Assembly: GCA_951406725.2 (NCBI GenBank)
Contig: OX597820.1
Coordinates: 49,228,001 to 49,292,000, forward strand
Source of the DNA: Octopus vulgaris
Lineage: Eukaryota
DNA length: 64,000 nt
Reading direction: 5' to 3'
The notes under the pieces are model-generated. The model was not told the DNA's origin, did no database searches, and saw nothing but the letters and a program-made list of their open reading frames with translations. Shown here piece by piece: positions 53,560 through 64,000 of this stretch (positions are counted from its first letter, which is position 1; every line of letters starts with the position of its first letter). The position numbers were made by a program, and so were the translations under genes.

Positions 53560-54160
53560 CCTGCCATTAATATTATTTTCCAATTTTATCACAAGACCAG
53601 CAATTTCGGGAGAGGAGCTGAATGTTCAACTGGTACTCTTTTTATCAACCCTGAAAGAATAAAGATCAAAGATAACCATGGTGGAATTTGAACCCTGAAC
53701 GCAAGAAATGCCGGTAAGCACCTTGCTGTCCACCGTGCTAACAATTCTTATTTCTTTACTGCCCACAAGAGGCTAAACACAGAGAGAACAAACAAGGACA
53801 GACAAACGGATTAAGTCGATTATATCGACCCCACTACGCGACTGGTACTTAATTTATCGATCCCGAAAGAATGAAAGGCAAAGTCGACCTCGGCGGAATT
53901 TGAACGCAGAACGTAAAGACAGACGAAATACCTATTTCTTTACTACTCACAAGGGGCTAAACACAGAGAGGACAAACAAGGACAGACAAACGGATTGAGT
54001 CGATTATGTCGACCCCAGTGTGTAACTGGTACTTATTTAATCGACCTCGAAAGGAAGAATGGCAAAGTCGACCTCGGCGGAATTTGAACTCAGAGCGTAG
54101 CGACAGACGAAATACTGCTAAGCATTTTGTCCGGCGCGCTAACAATTCAACCAGCTCGTT
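53560..54160 (-). mobile_element. Head-to-tail array of three SINE family B units
   Basis: Old diverged unit at ~53560-53747, 5'-truncated unit at 53748-53932, full unit at 53933-54160. Confidence 0.85.
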
Positions 54161-54789
54161 GCTTTTTCCTGTCACCAATAATGATGGCCTTGTAATTAGA
54201 TTAAAACTATTTTAATGAATGGTAAACTTTGTGGGAATGCAATTGTGAATCATGTAATATGTCGTTGGTGATGGTCTTCATAGCCACAATGCTGATGGTT
54301 TACTATGGTGGGTGATCGTAACGGTGATGACGGTGATGGTGGTGGTGGTCGTGATGATTAAGATGATAATACTGGTGGTAATGGTGAGGATGGTATGTTT
54401 GTGGTAGTCGTGGTAGTCAGGGGTAGAATAAAGTGACTGCTAATTTCGTTCGTTCTGATGGGTTGTACTCGTTTTGTGGATAGTATTCATGACGTAGATA
54501 TATTTTGAGTTTTGTAGGGTGGTGGAAATGTTGATGACCGTTGTCGTCGTCGTCGTCGCTGCCGCTGTCACTGCAACCACCATCGTCGTCACCATCGCAG
54601 TAACCACCATCGCTATCACCGCCACTAACGACGTTGCCGACATTTTCATTATTTTGTCGTTGTTTAATTCTTTGTCGGCTGAAATAAAAAAAGCTTAAAA
54701 AAAACCTACGAACACAAGGACTCAACTTTAAGTTTTATATCTAATTTTTATTATAATTTTATTGCTAGTAATATATGGCGAATGGTATT

Positions 54790-55200
54790 TCTTCGTTTCT
54801 CTTAGTATATAGCAGTTCACTGCTGGACGTATCTTCTTTAATTCTCCTAGACCGCTTCCTGCCCATCTCCATTGTGGTGCATAACAGACTTATCCTTAAC
54901 ATCATCTGCACTTATCCTTCGATGCCGTTCCTGTATCTCCTTTTCTGTTTGCCCTTACCTCACAACCATCCACTCGGAATTCACTTTTTGGTTCTTTTCG
55001 TCCGCCTGTTGTCTTTTATTAGGTCTAAGAGACTGACCTATAGCTAATCTATTTTGCTCTTTGTTCAAGTATGTATATAACACCTACATTCTTTTCTTCT
55101 TATTTCTATATCGCCAAATCTTACATTCAACAGAATAGACTATACAATATCCTTCTTTCATTGCATATTTCTATTCTTTTTAATTTCTTCTAACATTATA
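54790..55200 (-). mobile_element. RTE-clade LINE 3' end remnant
   Basis: Minus strand ...KDNRRTKRTKK*IPSG..GKGKQKRR..., with terminal gtccagcagtga (cf. VQQW). Confidence 0.6.
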
Positions 55201-55445
55201 TACTACCCAATATATTTTACGTGTTCTGAAGTCGATATGGTGAGTTTTGAGGCATATATGTGTGCTCTTTCCAGCAATACATATTCTGTCGTTGGTTTTG
55301 TTCTTGATAGAAAATGGGGTAGATATGTTATTGTTGTTGTTTTTGCCCTAAATAAGCATTGAGCAGACACATGCGTATACCACAGACACCGAGACATCAG
55401 CCTTATGAACCTATGGATCGGGAAGGAATTTCGATCCTTTTCTTA

Positions 55446-55476
<31 letters not shown>

Positions 55477-55606
55477 GTACATGCATACATATATACACAC
55501 TCACGCACATATACGTAAATAGGTAGGGTGGTGAGGAAGATATGTGGAAAAGTGTGTCTGAGTGTCTATGTATTCATACTTTCATCATACTTCAAAAAAA
55601 GGAATG

Positions 55607-55660
<54 letters not shown>

Positions 55661-56169
55661 AGTGTGAGTGTGTGTGTGTGTGTGAGCGCGCGTGCCTGTA
55701 GATATAAAACTATATATATGAAATCATCATATTTGCATATACCGTACTGCCTACCTTTCTCTGAAAGCTGCATATGTTCAACATATTGATATGTGTGTCG
55801 ATTAAGATCGTATTAGAAGCAGTGGTAATGACCGTATTGGTGTTAATAGTGATGAGGGTCTTTGTGATAAAGCGGAAAACATTAGTATTGATTGTTGATG
55901 ATGTTTCTGTTGATGTGGTCTACCTGAAAAGTATCATAAAGATAAATGAGAACACTTTAATGAGAATGTTGGATTTAATTGTTCTTGGTGCTGTGCGATA
56001 CAAAAATTCCATGATATCAGACGTTCTAACTACAACCATCCTGTCTTTTTTCTGAAGCACAGTGCACTTACGACCACAATCACTAATTGACAGAAGAAAA
56101 TATAAACGTTAAAACATATAAACGTTAAAATTTATCTAAATCTGAAATTATACATTAAAAATATTAAGG

Positions 56170-57310
56170 GATTTTATAATGTGAATATTTAATATATAGT
56201 AGACATTTCCCTTGCATTTTCCAATGCAAGGACCCTATTAGATATGTTACTGATCAAATGAAGAATATTCTCTAGTGGAATTTCTTGCTAAATTTCATGC
56301 AGTAATCTCAAAAGATCTGGCTTTGAAGGTGATTTCTTGTTCTTTTTTTTATGAAGTGTCCTGTCCATTATGCCCCAGAGGAGTTCAATAGCGTTCATAT
56401 CTAGTGACTGGCTTGGCCATGGAAGCTTTTTTAATGCCATTGTCTTCCAACGAATTTTGAATCATCTTAGCAATATTTCAAGGAGCCCTATTCTCCATAA
56501 ATAAAGAGCTCTCTTTAATCATTTCACAACTGGAGAATATTGGAAGTACTCCTTTCTGCAATATGGACATATATGTATCCGACTTTATGTTTCTCCCACA
56601 CTCCACCGGCTCTGATTGATCATTGCTCCAAATTGCTCCCCAGACAAACACAGAATAGCTGCCATGTTTCATCGTTGGCTGCAATCTCTTCACGTCAAAT
56701 TCTTGATCACAGCATCTCCAGACCCACACCTGAGCACTGTCAGAAAATACAAAATATCTGGACCCATTGGAGAATATGACAGTGTCTCAAAATGCTAGTG
56801 GCCTCTCCACAATCTCATTGGCCCAATCTTTTCTCCGCTTGATATTGACTTATCAAAGATGTGGCTTCCTTCTTGTTGCTCTGCCATAGTAACCAAGTTT
56901 GTGGAGATACCTGACAGCTGTTCTGGGACTGGTAGAAACGTGTTCTGCTATGTCAGAAGTCTTAACAAAGAGAAGGGTTCTGTCAGAGAGCCCTGGTCAG
57001 CCTGGGCGAGGTGATGTGAACTTCTTCTCCTCACTAATGAATTGCACAATCACTCTGTTAATTGTAGAAAGGGGGATCCCAATCTTTTCTTTGATTTTAT
57101 GCTATGTCAACCTTCTGAATCATCCACAATATGGCCTCTTTGAAATTCAGACAGTTCCAAGACTTCTTTTGTACATGGCATGATTAAATAGTCACATATA
57201 GAATCTGAAACAAGAATGTCAGTTAATAAAAATATAACCCTTTAGATGTTAGAATAAACAGAAAATGATGGTTTATGGTGTGTCTATTTACTTCTGTCAA
57301 GTATGTGTAC
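56170..57310 (-). mobile_element. Decayed Tc1 (DD34E) transposon
   Basis: LQPTMKHGSYSVFVWGAIW...GRNIKSDTYMSIL...FMENRAP and KKLPWPSQSLDMNAIELLWGIM (cf. WPSQSPDLNPIENLW); N-terminal GRP-like segment near 57000. Confidence 0.85.
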
Positions 57311-58165
57311 ACGCTCTGAAATGATGTTCTATAAATCTTTGGAAATATGTGGTTGATAAATTTTCCAAAGGTTTCGTCAACAAACATTCAGTTTCTCTTT
57401 CAAGTGAATAGTAACTTCCTGGGTATTTCATAATCATGAGTACTCTTAAGATAATCCTCTAGTGCAATCAGCATGACAATGTGTTTGGAAAGGCAGGGAT
57501 TACTGCTTAAAGATATATGACAAATTCCTTCATTTTTCGTCAACACATTCTCACTCTCAAATCTGGATTCCTTTGAAGCTGTGGATAAAAAATTGATCAT
57601 GTCAAACTTTGAATAATAACTATTTATAGGGAATTTTAACTTGTGAAAGTGTCATTTAGAAGCTAATAATTTCAGTTTAACTACAAACAAATTCTCAAAA
57701 TGTTTATCGATATATCTCTTTAGGTGTAGACATTTGTTTCAATGTTGCTTTATACCAGTACTACTTTGTTATCTAAAGGAACAGTCATACATTCATAAGC
57801 ATATAGCGCTTTGTCATCGTCAATAGTTTAAATAGATCTCGTCGAAAACACTGCTATATTTTTACGAAACAGGTGTTTTCCCCTAACAAATGTCAGTATT
57901 ACAACCATACACATATAATATATCGCAATGCTTTTCAGGATAAAATTAATTATAAATTCTAACGCATGAAAAATACAAACCAAAATTATATTTGTTAACG
58001 TTCTCTTTAGTCTTAACGTGTCTACAATTTTTGCAAAATATTTGTGTAATTCATTAGATAAATATTTTTGTAATAAACAGATATTAAAATATTTCCAGGA
58101 ACAATAATTTAAAATTTAGTTTTGGTTGTACTCGCAATTTTACAGAATAATTAGCTAATATTATT

Positions 58166-58397
58166 TATTTCCTTATTACCCACAAGGGGCTAAACGTATA
58201 GGGGACAAACAAGGACAGACAAACGGATTAAGTCAATTACATCGACCCAGTGCGTAACTGGTACTTAATTTATCGACTCCGAAAGGATTAAAGGCAAAGT
58301 CAACCTCGGCGGAATTTGAACTCAGAACGTAACGACAGACGAAATACCGCCAAGCATTTCGCCCGGCGTGCTAACGATTCTGCCAGCTCGCCGCCTT
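58166..58397 (-). mobile_element. SINE family B with degenerate 15-bp TSD
   Basis: Full copy flanked by ttagctaatattatt (58151) and ttacctaatgttatt (58398). Confidence 0.9.
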
Positions 58398-59008
58398 TTA
58401 CCTAATGTTATTAATATTAGCTATTATTATTAATATACAAAATCTTAGTTCACAATATCTAATATTTTACTTTGTACAATTATTTTAGCTGTATAAAATA
58501 TAACTTAAATCATTTCAATATGTCGTGAATGTATCAACAGCTGAAGAAGCCTCTATAGTTTCATACTGGATTTATGAAACGTCTTACCTTTTTTAGTCAG
58601 TGTCATGTACCTTTCAGAAATCCTAAGATTTTTTCTGCCAACACTTTGGCAAGGAAAGATAGGTAAAAAAAAACCACCAAAAAACTAAAATCAGGATCTA
58701 GAATATCATTAGGAATATATTAGGATACGGAAAATTTTCTACGCTGAGTGAAGCAACACATTTTTTTGTATTGTGAATAGGTGCATATATTGCAGATATT
58801 TGTAATATAGCTGCAATGACTTAACGAAAGCATAAAGACGAACAGCGGATTACATCAGATCAACAAATGATATATTACCGAGTAAAAATTATCATATATA
58901 TATAAATACATATGTGTGTATGTGAGTGTATGCGTGTGTATGTGTGCGTACGTGTGTGTGTATGCATAAATGTATATATCTCCCTTTCGCTCACTCTCTC
59001 TCTCTGTT

Positions 59009-59047
<39 letters not shown>

Positions 59048-59056
59048 TACTACCAC

Positions 59057-59092
<36 letters not shown>

Positions 59093-59237
59093 TGATGATG
59101 ATGATGATATAAGCAAACATTCGCATGTATATATATACTCTTTTTTCTCTTATATATATATATATATACACTACTACTACTACTACTACTACTACTAGTA
59201 CTACTACTAATAATAATAATAATATAAGCAACCATTC

Positions 59238-59269
<32 letters not shown>

Positions 59270-59272
<3 letters not shown>

Positions 59273-59321
59273 CAAACATTCGCATGTATACATATATATA
59301 TATACATGCGAATGTTTGCTT
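59270..59321. repeat. Perfect 21-bp-arm hairpin around a (TA)n loop
   Basis: aagcaaacattcgcatgtata-catatatata-tatacatgcgaatgtttgctt. Confidence 0.95.
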
Positions 59322-59540
59322 CTGTACAATATACCGATACATAATACATTCGCACATGAATAGATCTGAATCTTAGACTTCCTTTTATCGCTACTCTGAG
59401 TTATTCGCATTCTTGTGATCATTCAGGTGACAAACAAATATCTCTGTCAATTGTACAAACGAACACAAGACAGAAAAGAATCTCATTAGATGATGTAATA
59501 CTGAAAAGAGATTAGGAAGAAGAAATATATATATATATAA

Positions 59541-59623
<83 letters not shown>

Positions 59624-60176
59624 GGTAGATAGTTGTACATATAAATATATACATGTAGACATATACATGAACACACACAAACTTTTATATATATGTGCAT
59701 ACATACAGACAGTGGCAAATGTATATGAGTGTATGCGTGAGTTTGTGTTTGCAGGTATGTATATTGTGTATGTGTGTGTGTGTGTGAGGATGCGCTCATG
59801 TGTGTACGGAAAAAAACATTCTGTAATGTAGTGGATGCTGTGATGTGCTCTTAGTTCCTTCCTCTTTCTTCCATTGCTTTTTATCTCTCCGTCACTCACA
59901 TTTTTTTTTCCTTATCTCTCGTCGATCATGCTTGCACTGATCGATCTTATACTCCATACTGTACTCAAAAACTTTATCGTTCCCTGCCCACGTTTCTCTC
60001 CATGCCATCTCACTCCCCCTCTCTCTCCCCCATCTCTACCCTCTCTCTCCCCCATCTCTACCCTCTCTCTCACCCGTCTTCTTTCACTTTCATTCTCTCT
60101 CCCAACAAACACTTTTGTTTTCTCTCCGTCAATGTCCCTCCCTTTGTGTCCTATTACTCACACACGTACACACACG

Positions 60177-60247
<71 letters not shown>

Positions 60248-62979
60248 CCTCTTTCACTGTCACACACACACATACTAACACACACACACACAAACAAACA
60301 CAATCACACATACATGCACACACTTATACATTAATGCATTTCTCTCGCATACCTATACTTTCTCTATCGCCCGCGGCAACTGATGTGTTGTGACAGTTTT
60401 AATACGACTGCACTATGCAGGGAAATTAAAGTCAATAAGCTCTTTTCATGTGTGTATGCTTCCGTGTGTAAATGTGTATTTATGTGTATGTGTGTACGCC
60501 TAACTTTGTGTCAATGCGTGTGCGTATTTGTCTATGTTTGTATGCGAGGGAGGAGCCTTTTTGTTTGTGTGTATACGTTATTGTACCTGTGTGCGACTAT
60601 GTATCTTGCAGTTTTTGATCGTGTATTTATACATTTGTGTGTACGTGTGTGTATATATGTGTGTCTAAGAATCGGTTTATGTCATATACGTGCATTTTCT
60701 GCGTGCGTATGTGTGTGTTACCGTGTGTATGGCTATGTGGCTGTGTGCATGGGTATGTTGTTGTGTGTATGTGTGTGTACTTAACATGATTTGTTGCTGT
60801 AAAGCATGCTGTTTGCATCCATACATTTGAGATACCGTTGTGTGCATAGAAATGTGATTATTTGTGTGTGCGTGTGTATACATGCGTGTGTATACATGCG
60901 TGTGTACATGAGATGTTTGATTCCGTATCTATGTTTGTATTTTATTTGTGTTTGTGTGTTTGCGTACTTGCTAAGATCTATGTGCTTCTTTTATAAATTT
61001 GATAGTATTTTATATGGGTATCTTCCTAAATTTCCCGTGTTTATGCATTTATTTGCATGTATTTGTTTGATCTGTTCATTATCATATATATACTTTTATG
61101 GTTATGTATGCATGTATATATGGGTTTCTATTTGCAAATACGTATGTATGACTATGTGCGTATGCTTTGTAATTATTTAAGTTCGTGTTTGATGATGTGT
61201 ATTTTGATTTGAATTTGTAGAAGTGTGTCTGCGTATACATATAACAGTGATTGAGTTTTTCGAATATGTATGTTTATATACGTACATTTTTATACGTGTG
61301 GTTGGGCTTCAACTGTTTGGGGATTTATATTTGTACTCTCGTATGTATGGTAAATGCATTTAAATATTTTTCACTATGTATATATGCGTGCACTTGTATT
61401 TAATTTTCAATTTTGTGATTGCGTTGGTATTTAAGTGACAATTTAAATCATAATATATGTGAGCGCCATTTTTAAGCCCCGATCAAGAATGAGCAGAGGG
61501 ATTCATAATCATTGCTTTGGGATGATGACTCATTCCAAATATGACTATGTTGTTTTAATTTTAGATACTGTGTTTCGAGTACAGTACCTTGCTTGTTATT
61601 TAAAACAAGATCTTCCTGTTATTATTGTGGTTATTACTGATCTTGATTTATTTTGAGGTCAATCTTAAATTAACAGAATCCCAAAATTGAATGTATTCTA
61701 ACCGTGACTAACACGTCTTGTGAAAGCTATATGTAAAGCTAGAGTATCTAATACGTCTTTTCCAAACTGAAAACATTTGAAGGCGATTTTGAGATTTAAA
61801 TTTAACAACTATTTCTTGAATATAGTAACTTGATACTGGAAGTTCTGATGAACAGGCCTACTATCGAATGACTTCCAAGCAGAATATTACTGTGTTTTGA
61901 GAGATATAAGTTTACGATTATATTACTAAGCGCGGGGTCTGCTTCAGAATACGTTAGAGCTTCATCTTACAGATATTTGCTTGCTATGTCTAGCATCTCG
62001 AACGATAGCTACGATGATCACTTAATTGTGGTGTTAACTGTCATTTAGCTCCTAGTTGATCCTAACGTCAAAACAATCCAAGATTTAATATCGTTTTTTT
62101 GTTTTCCTTTTCTTTCTTTATCATATTAAGCAGAGTCTAAGATTGCGTTATCATTTTATGGACAGTAGGTTATGATTTGAGTGACATTTGGCTACGGTGA
62201 GTGTCGCGGCAAAGCCATTGTAATCATCATAATAGAAGTACTTCTATTATCAAGAAGTACTTGATTCGTTAATATCAGTCAATTCGATAAAGCATCATTT
62301 GATCAAATCTTTAAACGATTAGGTTGTTAAATGGTTAATCGATGAGGCTGTTAATCGATTAGTCTGTAAAATGGTTTATTATTTAAGACGTATGTGACCT
62401 TATGAATGACTCTGTACTCATTGAACAACTTCTTCTCGGTACCTATTGCACGTTTGCTGTAATCAGCTTCAACAGACAATTTCACATCAAGAATATTTCA
62501 AAAGAAACAGAAATTATTAAAGCCATTTCAGCTACTATGGTAAACACCTAAATATACATTACGATTTCCTTAGACCTCCTTGGTGAACGGTATTCACCAC
62601 ACTTACTGAAGACATGGTGATGAGAAAATGGCTAATTAAATATATAAAACTGTAAGTCCGTAGGCGTGGAAGTTTAACGAGTTTTACAAACACAAAAACT
62701 GCAGAAACTATGGAATAGCATTTTTATACAGTTGCTTCTCTGCATAATTGCCCTTAGTTGATTTCCCTTTAACTAGGTGGTTTCTTCACGCCTACACGTT
62801 TATGGTACCGTAAGTTTATTTCGTAAACCCTTCATAAGCACTTTGTCAAGTAATGTTATACAACTGAAGCTGTGAATTATTTTTCATGCTTGGCATTTTT
62901 AAGTAATTATATTAACGTTAGCATATTCAATGTAGTAAAAATGAACATAAAAAATTAATGTCGTCACATTCAAGGTCTC

Positions 62980-63047
<68 letters not shown>

Positions 63048-63559
63048 TAATAACAGTGAAACATATGCGAAAGATACATCCGAAATCAAAATCGGAAAGT
63101 TTACAAACTATAAGATATAAGTAGAACAAAACAGTAAGTAGGTAAATTGATTAATTACGTGTATTCCCAAATGTTTATCCAATCATGTATACATATTAAT
63201 ACCCATTGTACTACATATACACCCCAATGTTTACACAACTACGTGAACTTCACAAGACACACATACACATATAGGAAAGCATGTGTCAGAAACGAAGCAC
63301 AGACAGAATGAACAATTCCTAAGTTTAAAACACCATAAAGAAACTGTGCCCGGAGATATGTATGCCAACAAAAAATAATAAATAAATAAATATATACAGG
63401 TGTCTACAAGTCAGCCTTAAGAAGCTAAGTTACGAGCAATGTTTTCATTCAGAGAACTCGGAGGCGGTATTGTCTTAAAAAGTTAACGCTAAATAGATAG
63501 ATCCGTTCCCCGATGTCAACGTCCAAGCTCGTCATGCCTCAATGACAACGAAGCAAAAT

Positions 63560-64000
63560 ACACACCGGACATATTCCGTGGCCCGGGTCAATAAGGGCCG
63601 CACACCCCAGTGAGGACCGGACTTAGTGCGAAAAATCAGCTACTGGTTCAATTCTTCCCGAAACGCAAGACCTGGAAGCATTCCACAACCGGAATGTTCC
63701 AATAGAGTGCCATCCACGCTCATCATCAAATAACCAAAAAAAAAAAAAAATGAAAAATGGTCAACGGAAGATAATAAAGAAGTTCTTAAGACATTCTATC
63801 GTGCCTCATATAGAGAGAAGCACCTTGAAGTATGGTCCCACATAGATAGTAAGGAGCTTGCTAAGATCAGAAGAAACATTACAAAAAGAAACTACTGTCT
63901 GAATTAGAGGTTGACCAAATTAAACAATCAGTGAAGCATAAAAGGAACGAAGTTGAAGCTAAAGAAGATACTACTGAGGAAGGGATTTCAGACCAATCCA
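63560..64000 (+). mobile_element. 5' coding portion of an R4/Dong-like (RLE) non-LTR retrotransposon, decayed, running out of the window
   Basis: Broken translation KWSTEDNKEVLKTFYRA...ELAKIRRNITK..LLSELEVDQIKQ matches my recollection of the R4/Dong N-terminal pattern KW..EDN......YY...LA.Q.R.I....LS.LE...I. Confidence 0.5.

Noticed and set aside
53560-54160. CRISPR-like repeat array
   Set aside because: The units are ~200-bp SINE copies in eukaryotic DNA, with no spacers or cas genes.
57400-57600. ORF with GICHIS...PCLSKH (SWIM/MULE-like)
   Set aside because: Cys/His spacing is incomplete and too degenerate to call.
63972-64000. ctgaggaagggatt...aatcc as a hammerhead start
   Set aside because: Truncated by the window end, and equally explained as coding sequence (TEEGISDQS) of the R4/Dong-like ORF.

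Overview
AT-rich, microsatellite-saturated eukaryotic DNA, intergenic or deep intronic, with no intact host gene that I can support. From recall, the SINE families and repeat density resemble an octopod cephalopod (Octopus-like); this was not verified by search. Almost all ORF-track entries are translations of (TA)n/(CA)n/(ATAC)n/(AAT)n repeats. The real content is decayed mobile DNA. There are three tRNA-derived SINE families (about 20 copies, some with clean TSDs and one head-to-tail array) and mariner, Tc1, DD37D-like and pogo remnants. Also present are a Helitron PIF1-helicase fragment, RTE and R4/Dong-like LINE pieces, a frameshifted ORF1-like CCHC gene, and a Penelope-like GIY-YIG remnant. 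The most notable signal is a dispersed set of short non-coding elements, mostly embedded in (TA)n tracts, that carry hammerhead-ribozyme-like cores (CUGANGA-stem II-GAAAC) or long fold-back palindromes. The best example is a 447-bp tandem unit at 37.4-38.0 kb that looks like a retrozyme or non-autonomous Penelope derivative.
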